Shown: positions 43,956 to 58,480, counted from the first letter of the stretch. The stretch is 64,000 nucleotides of DNA from Octopus vulgaris (GCA_951406725.2 OX597830.1:35712001-35776000), one strand, 5' to 3'. Notes: a model not told the origin generated them from the letters alone. Made by a program: numbers and translations.

Positions 43956-44147
43956 TAATATAGTAGATAACTCTCCTAAACACTCATAAGAAGCCGGTAT
44001 TGTTGTTCTTATTGTTATAATTGTTAATCTGGTTCTTCTTCAGGTTGTTTACATTCAGGTCATACTCCATCATCAAATAGAACCATGGATGAAATGCTTT
44101 CCATTCATGACCGTCCTGTAAGTTTGCATACGACAATGTTGAACATG

Positions 44148-44309
44148 GGCGCAGGAGTGGCTGTTTAGTAAGTAACCTGCTTACCAACCACACGGTTCCG
44201 GGTTCAGTCCCACTGTGTGGCACCTTGGGAAAGTGTCTTCTACTATAGCTTCGGGCCGACCAAAGCCTTGTGAGTGGATTTGGTAGACGGAAACTGAATG
44301 AAGCCTGTC

Positions 44310-44371
<62 letters not shown>

Positions 44372-44592
44372 ATATATGTGTGTGTGTGTGTGTGTTTGTC
44401 CCCCCAACATCGCTTGACAACCGATGCTGGCATGTTTACGTCCCCGTAACTTAGCGGTTCGGCAAAAAGAGACCGATAGACTAAGTACTAGGCTCACAAA
44501 GAATAAGTCCTGGGGTCGATTTGCTCGACTAAAAGGCGGTGCTCCAGCATGGCCACAGTCAAATGACTGAAACAAGTAAAAAAGAGCAAGAG
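44148..44592 (+). mobile_element. Full-length SINE family A (tRNA head, internal (TA)n(TG)n, A-rich tail)
   Basis: A box TGGCTGTTTAG, B box GGTTCAGTCCC; nearly identical to 61406-61826. Confidence 0.9.
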
Positions 44593-44879
44593 ATACATTT
44601 CCTATTCTCTGTCTTTTGTTTTCCTCTTTCCGAGAGAGAGTAATGTATGAGTTGATTATCTTTATTTGATATTTTTAGCAGAGTGAAGAACGACCATGAA
44701 GAGCAAAGGTCAACCAAGTCCCAGAAGACCCTTGAGGACCCATATGAGATTTTTTGGTGTGGTCCATGCAAGCAAAATCTTTAATTGGAGGCCCTCGGTA
44801 GTGCTTATGGGGTCCTTCAAAATATTTGGCTTCGGATGTAATTATTGCTGGAAACATCGAAGTTTCTGTAATATTTTAC

Positions 44880-45283
44880 AGACATAGCATTGTGGTAAGA
44901 AGCTTGCTTTCCGACCACATGGACCCAAAGCGTGGCACCTTGAACAAGTGTCTTCTACTATAGCTTCTACTGTAGTGTCTTCTACTTGAGCAAGAGTCTT
45001 CTACTATTGCCTTGTGAGTGGATTTGGTAGGTAGAAACTGAAAGAAGCCAATTGCATGTGTGTGTGTGTATGTTTGACAATATTTGACTCCATCACTGTC
45101 GCTTGACAACTGATGTTGATGTGTTTGCGTTTCCGTAACGTAGCTGTTCCGCAAAAGAAACCGATAGAATAAGAACAAGTATTACAAAGTCTTGGGGTCG
45201 ATTTCTGCGACTATAAAATCCTTTAAGGCGGCGCCCGGGCATGGCTGCAGTCAAATGACTGAAACAAATAAAAGAGTAAAAGA
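44880..45283 (+). mobile_element. SINE family A copy with internal CTTCTACT duplications
   Basis: Family A motifs; CTTCTACT occurs four times at about 44950-45007. Confidence 0.75.
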
Positions 45284-46267
45284 ATGGTTTAACATATTTC
45301 CGACCACCGAAACATGCTCTCTCAAAGAGTGCAATTACAAAACTTATACAAGGGAACGTGTGAAAAGCAAAATATGAATTTTGAAAGAAGTCTCTATAAA
45401 ATTAGTCTTTAAACATCGAATGGTGATGGAGGTCCATCAGAATGAAATTCTAATCAAAGAAGTCCATAAGAAGAAAAAAAAGAAAAAACGGTTAAGGACC
45501 ACTTGACACTGAGGATCTCAAGTTCGTTCGAGATAGAGGTGTTGTTCTGGAACATGGGAGACTGTTATAATCTTATTTATCCTTGCCATTTTTTATTCTT
45601 GTAGCAGTGTCTCTATTTCACAGTGCATTTTGAAGACGTGAGGCAGTCAGAGAAAAGCTAAAGGCCCTACTGATTTTTTAGAAGGTAGAAATGAGATTTT
45701 TGTCATCTACGAATTTACGAAAAACATGTGATGTAAATGAAGTTAAAACGTTTGTGTAGCATCATGGGAGCATCGATATTTACTCACGGTGTTTAATACA
45801 TATATATATAATTTTTGTTTCTGTCTGTCTGTATTAAATTACGAATTAAAAACAGGTCTGGTAATGTAAACATTATTGGTCGTATGCACAAAGTGTATGT
45901 GTTTTGTTTAAACGCCCATTTGCTGCAGATTAGCGTACGGGGAAAGCACCCTGCGCGACGCCGAGGGATTCAGAGCAGACAAGGCAACGCGCCCCGAATC
46001 ATCGAGAATGGCAGATAACCGATATTTCACCATTTCTGCAGCTTATCAATGCAATGTACTCGGATCACCTCGAAATCCGATTAATTTGTGAATTTATGTT
46101 CCTAAGACAGGTAGATCGACAGACAGAGAAACAGACAAACAGACAGACAGGTATATAGACAGACAGACAGATAAATAGAGAGATAGGTAAACATACTAAC
46201 AGACAGACAGATAGATACATTCAGTTTAACCGAATATTTCCTGGTAAAACCTACACCATATATATAC

Positions 46268-46346
<79 letters not shown>

Positions 46347-46361
46347 ACCATTCCGAAATAT

Positions 46362-46403
<42 letters not shown>

Positions 46404-46498
46404 ACATACATATATATATATATGCATGCATACATATACATATACACACACACACGCACATATATAGATACACATACACAACGTATCTGTGTATGTAT

Positions 46499-46548
<50 letters not shown>

Positions 46549-47139
46549 TACATTTCAGCCTCGCTAAACCTGAGTGTTAAGAAACAATAGCCGACAAGAG
46601 AACATGAAGGAATCTAATGGCCGATGTTACATTGGTGTAAAAGTGAACTGGAACAAAAGAATACAAAACAAAACACACGCACACACACCCAAAACAACAA
46701 AAAAATCTATGCAGATAATGCCAACGTCCATTTTTGGCCACCATATATGTATGTGTAATAAAAGGTAACTGAGATTCATGAAATTGTTCTTAGCCCAAAA
46801 CATAATGGCTACAACACGTTTAATAAGCATATGTGCATTGGCATTGCTGATAGAGAGATGTAATAACGGAATATCAGTAATCTTTTTTATATTTTTTTCT
46901 CTATTGTTTAGTTTCATTTTTGGTATTTATTTTTTGTTCTTGTTTTGCTTTGTTTTTTGGTTTTGGTCTTTGCTTTATTTTTGTGTGAATGTAAATGTGT
47001 GTGCTTATATATGTGTGTTTGTTTGTATGCATGCATGTGTGTACGCGTGCATGTGTGTGTATGTGCGTATGTGTATATGTGTGTGTGATAACATGGCCCC
47101 ACATTTGCTTGTATTCGCTTATATATATATGTATATATA

Positions 47140-47410
47140 TATATAATATACACACATATATATGTATATATATATATATAAATATACACACATATATGTA
47201 TATATATATATTTAATATACGCACATATATGCATATATATATATATATATATAATATACACACATATGTATATATATATAATATACACACATATATATAT
47301 ATATATATATAATATACACACATATATGTATGTATATATATAATATACACACATATGTATATACATATAATATACACACATATATGTATATATATATAAT
47401 ATACACAAAT
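47140..47410. repeat. Minisatellite-like array TATAATATACACACATATATG(TA)n
   Basis: Roughly nine variable-length units built from TA/CA microsatellite. Confidence 0.7.
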
Positions 47411-47689
47411 ATATGTATGTATATATATATATATATATATATATACATACAAGCTTACACATTTACATATATACATATACATGTAAAATTACGCGTATAT
47501 TTATACATATAAATGTGTGTGTGTGTGTGTGTGTATGTATATGTGTAGGTATACATTTATGTATATGCATATGTTTGTGTTTACATATATATATCCACAC
47601 AATTATAAATATGTATACGTGTGTAATTATACTTGTGTGCATGCATACACCTGCATAAGTTTGTGAGTGTGCATGTATGCATGTATGCA

Positions 47690-47727
<38 letters not shown>

Positions 47728-48314
47728 TGAGTGCATCTATGTGTGTGTATTTATTTAACAATGAATGTATATAGTTATACTTACAAATCTAACGTTTTAT
47801 GTAGTGATTAACAATGTTACGGCAACAAAGCCGCAATGCATTAGTTAAGATTGATTTTAAACATAAAATACTGTACAATGATACAATTGCTTTATGTTAT
47901 TCTCTACTTAGATCTCCGTTGCTATCAGGTATCAATATGGCTGTGTCTAGGCTATAAATGGCAACACTATATGTACAATCTAATCATATAATATTGTTTA
48001 TATCGTCAATCAACATATGTAGAGTCGCAGCTGACTAATTCCACAGAGTTCGGTGAATCACAAGGAAAATTTGTAATTTTTACCCCATACACGTATTGCT
48101 CTACAATGTACTATAATCTATGAAACTGTACTACACTGCGGCATATTGTTCTACAATGTACTATACGCTACTTCAGTATCCCCTGACACTGACACAATGC
48201 TATACTAGAATACTCTTCACTATACTGTATTTCGCAATACTGTAAACTATTTCAGTACACAAACCAACGCTGTATTGTAGTATTCAATGGAATGTCTTTT
48301 GTTATTTTTTTTTT

Positions 48315-48745
48315 GTACTATAAGCACAAGTCCTGGAATTTGAGAAGAGGGGATTAGTCGATTACAACGCCCCCCCCCCCCCCCCGTGTTCAATTGCTAC
48401 TTATTTTATCGACCCCGAAAGGATGAATGGCAAATTTGACTTTAGCGGAATATGAATTCAGAAGGTAGGGACGGACCAAATGCCGCTAAGCAATTCTCCC
48501 GGCGCAGTAACGATCCTTATTTCTTTATTGCCCACAAGGGGCTAAACATAGAGGGGACAAACAAGGACAGACAAAGGTATTAAGTCGATTGCATCGACCC
48601 CAGTGCTTAACTGGTGCTTATTTCGACCCCGAAAGGATGAAAGGCTAAGGCGACCTCGGCGGAATGTGAACTCAAAACGTAGCGGCAGACGAAATACCGC
48701 TAAGAATTTCGCCCGGCGTGCTAACGTTTCTGCCAGCTCACCGCC
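48315..48745 (-). mobile_element. Two abutting SINE family B copies
   Basis: 48517-48745 has the TTGTGGGCAATAAAGAAATA tail; 48315-48515 has the CTTGTGC-type tail. Confidence 0.85.
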
Positions 48746-48769
48746 TATGCATATTATAAATATTTAAAC

Positions 48770-48950
48770 ACACCGTCGTCTTAAATCAAAGCTTGAAGAG
48801 CTGTACATCTGCCTGTTTTCCGGACCTTCAAGTTTTCAGTGAAGAAAGGAAGATCGTATGCTGCTGGGGTCTCAGTTGAATTTCCCAAGTAAACTGCTAA
48901 GGAAGTTCAAGCAGACGGAGCGCTAAGTCTTCTACACACTTAAGTACGTA
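48770..48950 (-). pseudogene. Possible non-LTR RT remnant (Rex1/L2-like)
   Basis: VLKCVEDLA, LRPQQHT and LEGPENR..SSFD resemble KCxERLV, LDPLQxAY and HLExxxxYVRxLFxDFSSAF. Confidence 0.3.
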
Positions 48951-49335
48951 ACGTTTGTTTATAATAAGAAACGCTGCTAAACATATTTTCAGGCATGATA
49001 ACGATTTTGCAAGGTCGGTGCCTTAACCCTATCGAATATTTCAATAGACTTCATTACACTGCACTACAAAACACTGCGTAGTAGCACCAGTTACGAAACT
49101 ACAGCTCGCAATATTACACTACAGGATAGGACACTGCACCTCGGTACATTACGTGTTACTGTACTGCACTATAGAAATTGACTGAAACACACTGCACAAC
49201 TAGAGCTCCCTACATTCCGCTACACTACAGTCCACAGGACAACACAGGAAGTCAAAACATTAGGTGGAAATAAACAGGACTACGCAACAGTTAGCTGAAA
49301 CAGAGCGCCTGACGTTACTCGGCACAATACAACAT

Positions 49336-49975
49336 TACATTGCACACAACACCGCACAGTACTTCATTGCCCCACACTATCAAACTTTATACTATATTAC
49401 ACAACACTGCATTGCACACAACACAGCGCAGTACTTCATTGCCCTACACTATCAAACTTTATACTATATTACACAACACTGCATTGCACACAACGCAGCG
49501 CAGTACTTCATTGCCCTACACTATCAATCTTTATACTATACTAGCAGTATCGCCCGGCGTTGCTCGGGTTTGTAAGGGAAATAACTATATAAGCATTTTT
49601 AGAGAGTTACTTTCCTTATATAATAGCCAAAAAATGCATTAAAAATGGGAAACATGATGGTAATTTTTTTTTTAAATCTTAGAATCATCGTAGAAGCGCG
49701 CTAAGCATTTTTAGAGAGTTACGTCCCTTATATAATAGCCAAAAAAATTTTTTTAAATCTTAGACTCATCGTAGACGCGCACTAATACCCAGAAGGGCTC
49801 GATATGAATCACGACTATAAGATACCCGGTTTTGGTTAAACTGCACCGCAAAATGTGGGAGTAGTTAGGAATCTAAAGCGTAGGAGACAGACACACAACC
49901 TCACTTTTATATATAAAGATTACACAACACGGCATTGTAGACAACGCAGCGCAGTACTTCATTGCCGTACATTGT
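49336..49975. repeat. 72-bp tandem repeat (about 3.5 units), interrupted by a Helitron
   Basis: TGCACACAAC starts at 49341, 49413 and 49485; the third unit resumes at 49920. Confidence 0.9.
49541..49919 (-). mobile_element. Non-autonomous Helitron (379 bp)
   Basis: Minus strand A|TCTTTATATATAAAAG ... ACCCGAGCAACGCCGGGCGATACTGCTAG|T; no TSD. Confidence 0.9.
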
Positions 49976-50629
49976 CCAATGTTAAACACAATTACATTAT
50001 TCTCTGATCCATTAGTCTGCACTACGGAAGGCAGTACTACACAATGCAACAAACTCGACAGAATACTTAATCACACACTACACGGCATTGCGCTGTATTA
50101 AATTACATTGAATAATATCACATTAGACTCCAGTAAACTACACTGTACTGCTCTACAGTCGACCATACTATATTTCATTATATTTCTCCGAACTATGCCA
50201 CACCACTCTACGATATAATGGTTTTAACTTTGGCGGAAGGTCATACAAAGTGAGCAGCAAGCCACAACAGAGTACTTCTCAAACTCTGGTTAAGCGCTGT
50301 GTATCATTAAGCTATCCTTGGCACCCTACACTACGATATGTTGCACCGTTGTTTCATTCACTACACTAGTACTACACTCTAATATACTAGAAAGTACACT
50401 ATACTGCATCATATTAAGTTATGTTACACTGAACTACATTACACAACACTGCACAATTCTAGATTGCCCTTACGACACTTTGTTACTAAGACTACAAAAC
50501 AGTACACTGTATACCTTGCTACGCCACACTGCATTATATTACGCTAGACAACACTATGGCCTATTACACCGGATTATACTAAAATACACTATCCTATGTT
50601 GCATTGCATTATATTATATCACACTATAA

Positions 50630-50841
50630 GGTGGTGAGCTGGTAGTATGGTTAGCACACTGGACGAGATACTACTAAGCATTTCGTCCGTCTTTACGTTC
50701 TGAGTTCAAATTCCGCAGAATTCGACTTTCTCTTTCATCCTTTCAGGGTCGATAAAAGAAGTACTAGTTGAACCCTGGTGTTGATTTACTCGACTTTCTC
50801 CTCTTACCCGAACTTGCTGGCCTTGTGCCAAAATTTGAAAC
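50630..50841 (+). mobile_element. SINE family B copy
   Basis: Head, B box and central domain present. Confidence 0.8.
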
Positions 50842-50869
50842 TCCACACGAATTCGTACTGTGTCTTAAT

Positions 50870-50923
<54 letters not shown>

Positions 50924-50999
50924 TGTGTCTGCGAATAAATGTACCATTATATCTGAGATTCCAAATGCTTCAGTGGACATACATATTAACGTATCATCG

Positions 51000-51800
51000 T
51001 ACAATTCTTTAGTTTGCAACACGTCAGAAACTTGGCGATATTCGAACAATTAATTGCTTAATTGCTTCGATTCAGATTTTGTATTGATTGCCGACGCCTC
51101 TTGAATATTTCAATAGATTGTTGAAATCTGAAAATTTGTCGTTACTCTACAACTGTGGCTGATTAACGATCAATTAACTTCATTAAATTAAAAACAAGTG
51201 ACTGTCAAAAGTCTTAACATCGTTTCATCGTTGACTTACGTTGATCATTCACACGAAAACATTGCAACCATGCAGTTTACAATTAAAGGAGCGTCCGTAT
51301 TTCTAGATTGTTTGCTTCTTATATACTTAAAGTGGCAGCTCTACATAAGGCATACCAGAAATGGCCATCTCGCCTATTATATTTAAAACTATACTATTGT
51401 GAGTACACAATTCTCAATTTTAAGATAGTATATTCGTATTTGAGGAAGATGTGTTGCTTGCTGTGTCTAGCAAGTCGAGCAATATCGAAGGGACTTTTTG
51501 GCCTTGCGACTATATAATAGCAACCCATAACTAGTTCAGTTATTACCGCATTTTCTTGCATAAAAGTAGAATTTTTCACTCTAAAATTTACCGCCAAAAA
51601 ATGTAGGCTGATTTATACATATACACCAAGATGACATTGGAGGACTGAAATGCAGCAGGATTGGGAAAGGTCGTGACAACGTTTGAATATTTATACTATA
51701 TATCATTACGTTGATTTTTATGCAGGGAAATACTGTAGCGGCAGATTGAAATATATTTTTCATCGTTAGTGGTGTCTGCACCAATACCATCGGTAAATAC
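51000..51800 (+). pseudogene. Possible hAT-like transposase remnant
   Basis: LEYFNRLLKSE and NTVAAD*NIFFIV resemble FNxLxQSE and SNAxxERIFSIV. Confidence 0.25.
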
Positions 51801-52257
51801 ATTGCAGTTTAACAATGTCAAAGAAAAAAGGTATGCAACTTAATCATAACACATGCACCACCATAATCTTAAAGGGGTATTGCTGTCATTGTTTAGCCCC
51901 AAGAAACCCCTAACTGAACAAATGGTTCATCAAATACCTCTCAACCGTGTACGTCCCTAGCTTTTTTTTTTTTTTAAATTCCCATGATTACGTTTGCCGT
52001 GGCATTTCTTCGTAAAGTCGATGGTATGTATCTTAAGGGAGATTGGCTGCTATATCTGCAGCAGGCCGAGCAACACCTAGAATAGGATCATGTTATTGTA
52101 ACTGTTGTAGTTGTTGTAGATGCTGCAGTTGTTACATACCCCACCTCCAGTTCATCTATGATCGAATAGGCCCGTGGCACGTAGGTCGCCCAGCAAACCC
52201 CGACCCACAAACAACTATTTTTCTTATCCCTCCGTTAAGCAATGTCTCCACCTAGAC

Positions 52258-52545
52258 CAGTGGTTCCCAAAGTGGACAGTATTGCCCCCTGCAGGCGATG
52301 GAAAGTTCCAAGGGGGCAGTAAAGAAAAGTGGGGTGATAATGGGGTAGTGATTCATGTAAAAATTGGGGCGATAATGGGATAGCGATTCATATAAAAACA
52401 GCAATATAATGGGTTAAGTTTCATTTGTTAAATACAGTTGCCTTGAATTTGCTTCAGAAAGGGGTCTGGCTAGTTGAGATGGGGCGTTAGGTATGTGGCT
52501 TGGGTGTCAAAAGGGCGGCAGTTCGAAGAGGTTTGGGAAACCCTG
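52258..52545. mobile_element. hAT (Charlie-like) MITE with 8-bp TSD
   Basis: TIRs CAGTGGTTCCCAAA / TTTGGGAAACCCTG; TSD ACCTAGAC / ATCTAGAC. Confidence 0.85.
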
Positions 52546-54048
52546 ATCTAGACGAAGTTCATTTTGCTCACTCCAGCAAGTTTTGATGCAATATATTAGT
52601 TTCTGTGTGATAGATTTTTCATGTTGTATTCTCATTAATACCCAGTCTATTTCTGGGCAAATGGTGAAGATGAACTCGTTCGCAAAACATGACAATGGGA
52701 GACTAACAAGATACGTCTCAGGCTTAAATAGATAATTACTGGGGTCGAGTCATTCAAGTAAAAGTACTCCATCACGGTGCCCCAGCATGGTCACAGTTTA
52801 ATGGCTAAATATTCTGTTTGTGCTGTTCCTCTTACCACAAGGAGACAGTGAGATTGTCAATGTCGTAGCCAGTGTCTATATATTTTCTGTTCGCTTACAA
52901 TTGTACCGTGATAGTGTCTATGAGACAGTATGAGTTATTTCTTTTAGGAGTGTTGAATCCCAGAGCAAACACGACAATAAATAATATCGTGTAAATATTT
53001 GGTTAACAACACATGGGATAGAAAAAGTCGAACCTGCATCACCTGTAATCATTAAAGTGTTCCACCATTGGACCAAAGCATTCCTTGAACTATTTTCTCC
53101 ATTTTAGAAACTTTATTCTTGCCAGCTAGCAATATAGTCATAAGAATTTAGAAACTGGGAGAAAGTGAAAATTATTCTTTGCAGGAACTGTAAATCTCGA
53201 ATCAAATACAGCTATAAATAATAGCGTGTAAATATTGATTTAAAAAAGAAAACATTTATTGGATAGAAAATGTCAAATGTCACTCGGGGTTTTGAAGCTG
53301 ATTCTTCTGGTAGTGAAGCGAAATAACAATGAGGACAGCAGTAAAAACGAAAAAATAATTGTCCCGTTCACATAGCTTTGTTCCCTTTCATTTTTGTACA
53401 TTTGTGTCATCGTATAGGTGATCGGTTGTGGACGATATGCATTCACATTGAGGCAAGTAGTCCGAATCCAAATCTAATGTAATTTCTGGTGGTTTTTAGA
53501 GCAGATGCTGTAGTAAGTGGCTACTGTTGGTGGCCTTAGGAAGGATACCGATGATAATGCGTCTTGAGTTCAAATCTCGCTCGAGCTCCTAAATTCATAT
53601 TTGTGCAAAGTACCGATAACATCGGAATTCTCTTTCTCATTTTCTATCAGCCCTCAAACATAAAAAAATATTATTAAATAAATAAATAAATAAGTAAAAA
53701 ATAAAAATTAAAATAGAAATATTTATATATATGTATATATATAAATATTTCTAAAAATAAATTAATAATTTTTAATTTTTAACTTTAAATTTAAATAATT
53801 TAAATTTAAAATTTGTTTTTTATATATTTTGTATATTATATTAATTATTTTTATTTCTATGTTTTGGTTTATGTTTTTCACTGTTTGATTTGCCTAATAG
53901 TGGTTTTATCTCTAATTTAATTTATATATAAAGAGTAAAGAGTAAAAAAAAATATATATATATAGCTATCTATCGATAGATCGATTGATCTATCTCTGCC
54001 TTTTGCTCTTTCACTATATTCTTATATATATATATATATATATATATA

Positions 54049-54209
54049 GAGGGAGAATTCACAAAAAACAAAGGACGAAGACAGGTTGTATAGACAACAA
54101 ACAGAGAAGTGAAAAAGTCTTTAACGTTTCAAGCCTACGCTCTTCCACAGAAAGGAACACAAAAAGAAACAAGGAGATAAAATAAAGAATGTGTGGTGGC
54201 TAGTGATCT
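54049..54209 (-). mobile_element. Family H1 Penelope-like terminal fragment inside (TA)n, hammerhead motif 54119-54154
   Basis: Minus strand CTTT-CTGTGGA-A-GAGC-gtag-GCTT-GAAAC-GTT-AAAG; (TA)n on both sides. Confidence 0.7.
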
Positions 54210-54226
54210 ATATATATATATATCTG

Positions 54227-54286
<60 letters not shown>

Positions 54287-54923
54287 AATAAACACACATA
54301 CTTATAAGTAAATGTATATACATATATACATAAATCTATGTACTCATGTATCTATAAATGTATTATATATGTGTGTTTGTGAGTGCGTGTGTGTGCATGT
54401 GTGTGTGTTTTGTGTGTGTGCGTATGTATATGAATATATGTATACATATATATCCCAGGATCGTTAACACTCCGGGATAATTAACTACATGGCAACATTT
54501 CATTCTCTTGAAATTCAGAGTTCAAATTCCGCCGTGGTCGACTTCGACTTTCATCCTTTCTAGAGCAATCAAACGGGTACCAGCTAAGAACTGTGCTCGA
54601 TGTACTCGGTCAGCCTCCTCCTGCAAACTTTCAGTACTCGTATCTGTAATAGTAAGAATAAGACATTTAATTGTATGTATGTAATTTTATATACAAATGG
54701 ATAGGTAGGGGGTGGATAGGTGGATGGATGATGGATTGGTATATGATATAAAGAAATAGTGTACAACTCACTCTTAAAACTTGAGCTGTAATAAACATGG
54801 AACACATCAACTCAAGTTTCATCAAGCAACAGGATTATATGCGTCTTAAGCATGTAAATATACTATTGACTACACGGTGTGTTGATGTAGAAGTAACATA
54901 TATGTATATGTAACATATATGTA

Positions 54924-54988
<65 letters not shown>

Positions 54989-54989
54989 A

Positions 54990-55035
<46 letters not shown>

Positions 55036-55161
55036 TTATATCGTCAATTCATTACGCGTTCTGCACAAGATAACAATCACTCGGATATCAGCAGGAGAAC
55101 ATGATATGCATTTTATGGTTTAGTTAACAAATATATAAACATATATATATAAATATATATA

Positions 55162-55223
<62 letters not shown>

Positions 55224-55392
55224 GACAGACAAAGAGGGATAGATAGATAAATAGATAGATTGATAGATATGCATATCTATCTATATAGATGTGTGTGTAT
55301 GTATATATATATGTGTGTGTATATATTTATATATACACACATGTATATACCCACACATAAACAAATACATACGCATATATATACATATATAC

Positions 55393-55470
<78 letters not shown>

Positions 55471-55786
55471 GTATATATATATATATAAATAGCGAAAACA
55501 CAACCACGTTTACGTACGATCGTGTATTATTTAGCAGTAACACCACTAATGGGATTTTTGCATTTACTTTTTCTGCCTCAAGCAAATCACAGCAATGGCG
55601 TCCCATACAATAATAATACAAATTCGCAGAGTGCCCTCATTCAATCATCACCTGAAGCATTTACAAATGTTAGCCCTTTACCAATGTCAACGAGGCCTCT
55701 CTTCTTCGTCTCTCTCTTACATTCTTTCTCCTTCCCGCTATTCCGGCAATGAGTTCATGCACGTATTTCTGTATGTAAGTATATAT

Positions 55787-55904
<118 letters not shown>

Positions 55905-56227
55905 GCATACATATTTACATATATACATATATATATGTATTTATGTGTGTATATATGTATGTATATATATGCATGTACGTATTTAAGTATGCCTGAGTAC
56001 GTGATTTGTGTGTATGGATGTATACGTGTATATGTAAGAATCCATGCTTGTCACTAATAAAGTGACAAGTCTTTCGTTCTTTGAATCGAAACAGTTCCAT
56101 AGATTTGTGAGTATGTGAGTTAGCGTGTACATGAATGTGAACGGATTTCTATTGAAGTAATAAATGTGCAAGCCTCTTCTTATGTCTGTCTATGTATGTG
56201 TGTGTGTGTGTGTTTATAAATGTATTC

Positions 56228-56395
56228 TTTTATTTGTTTCAGTCATTTGACTGCGGCTACGCTGGAGCACCGCCTATAGTCGAACAAAGTAACCCCCAGA
56301 ACTTATTCTTTATAATCCTAGTAATTATTCTATCAGTCACTTTGCCGAACCGCTAAGTTACGGAGAAATAAATACACCAGCATTCCTTGTCAAGC
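56228..56395 (-). mobile_element. SINE family A 3' half
   Basis: GTTTCAGTCATTTGACTGCGG..GCCGAACCGCTAAGTTACGG. Confidence 0.75.
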
Positions 56396-56473
56396 GAAGA
56401 AGATTCTATAACCAAATTTCAATCAGATTAGTCATTACCACAGTGTTTTGTTCTTGATATTTTCTTTGGTCAA

Positions 56474-56876
56474 GGCGGCGAGATGGCAGAATCGTTAGCA
56501 CGCCGGGCGAAATGCTTAGCAGTATTTCGTCTGTCGCTACGGCCTGAGTTGAAATTCCGCCGAGGTCGACTTTGCCTTTCATCCTTTCGGGGTCGATTAA
56601 ATAAGTACCAATTATGCACTGGGGTCGATATGATCGACATAATCCGTCTGTCTGTCCTTGTTTATCCCCTCTATGTTTAGCCCCTTGTGGGCAGTAAAGA
56701 AATAGAAATAGGTATTTCGTCTGTCTTTACGTTCTGAGTTCAAACTCCGCCGAGGTTGATTTTGCGTTTCATCCTTTCAGGTTCGATATTAAGTACCAGT
56801 TGCGTACTGGGGTTGACCTAATCGACTGGCTCCACTCCCCCAAAATTTCGGGCCTTGTGCCTAGAGAAGAAAAGGA
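56474..56876 (+). mobile_element. Two abutting SINE family B copies
   Basis: Full copy 56474-56704, then a head-truncated copy 56711-56876. Confidence 0.85.
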
Positions 56877-57268
56877 TATATTATTTTGACACAATTGGGT
56901 ATGCACATCCGAATAACATCTTCAGATTCAAAACATTGCATAAATTGTATTTCTTGTTACATAGAACAACTTAGGCTTCCTGCGTTTGTACCGGATTTCT
57001 GTTTTGGCATAATGGTTTGTAGGCTTAACGATCTCTCGGAAGATAACTTGTCTATAGTGATCTTGAAGTGAAGCTGAACTTAACAGCCGGAAAATACTAC
57101 AACAACAGAAAACCCAATGAGGACGTAGCGACAGACGAAATAGGTACTGTCATAAATAAATTTAATCTCAAACCAACTACCATACATTTTCAAAAACCTC
57201 CTTAGCAACATCAGGAAGGGAACCCAAAATTCTAATAGGATAAGGAAAGCTTTGAAAATGCAGCACCA

Positions 57269-57354
<86 letters not shown>

Positions 57355-57357
57355 ATA

Positions 57358-57405
<48 letters not shown>

Positions 57406-57459
57406 TTGTCTGTCTCTTCTGTTTGTCTGCCTGTCTGTCTCTGTCTAGCAGTCAGTCTG

Positions 57460-57533
<74 letters not shown>

Positions 57534-57541
57534 TATATATA

Positions 57542-57885
57542 GGCGTAGGAGTGGCTGAGTGGTAAGTAGCTTGCTTACGAACCACATGGTTCCGGGTGAG
57601 TGAATTTGGTAGACGGAAACTGAAAGAAGCCCGTCGTATATATGTATATATATTTGTATGTGTGTGTATATGTTCGTGTGTCCGTGTTTGTCCCCCAACA
57701 TCACTTGACAACCGATGCTAGTGTGTTTACGTCTCCGCAACTTAGCGGTTCGGCAAAAAAGACAGATAGAATAAGTACTAGGCTTAAAAAGAATAAGTCC
57801 TGGGGTCGATTTGCTCGACCAAAGGCGGTGCTCCAGCATGGCCACAGTCACATGACTGAAACAATTAAAAGAGTAAAAGAATAAA
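57542..57885 (+). mobile_element. SINE family A copy with deletion after the head
   Basis: High similarity to 44148. Confidence 0.85.
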
Positions 57886-58004
57886 GAGAGTATAGAGTAT
57901 ATATATATATAGCTATCTGTCTATCTATTTATCTAGCTATCCATCAATCTATCTGAATATGTGTGTGAATACGTTTATATATATATATATCTATATATAT
58001 ATAA

Positions 58005-58036
<32 letters not shown>

Positions 58037-58480
58037 AATTATATATATATGAGGATGTAAAGTGTGCACAATGACTGTTCAGGTCAAAGGTGTAGAAAAT
58101 CTACTGATAAAGAAGTTTCTTATCTAAATGAAAAGTTCTTACGACTAACTTCTAGAACGATAGAACAAAAATATAAATCAATTAAAATTGAACAGGAAAT
58201 TAAATACTTTGAACATTCCGGATATTTTTATCGTGCTAATTTTGTTTGCAGAAACACTGAAACCGAAATGGAATCAAGGCCCACTCTAAATCCCTAAAAG
58301 AATAAGAATCGAAATAACATAGAGACAGACACGAACACACTCACACTCACCACAGCACATATATGCGTATACATACACACATACATACATACATACATAC
58401 ATACATACATACATACATACTTACATACATACATATTCAATTAATTAATAATATAAATAATATATATATGTATATATATA

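Noticed and set aside
49336-49540. Possible CRISPR-like array
   Set aside because: Units are contiguous 72-bp tandem copies with no unique spacers and no cas genes; eukaryotic context.
55583-55670. Possible exon [29 protein letters not shown]
   Set aside because: Weak splice sites and no recognisable homology.
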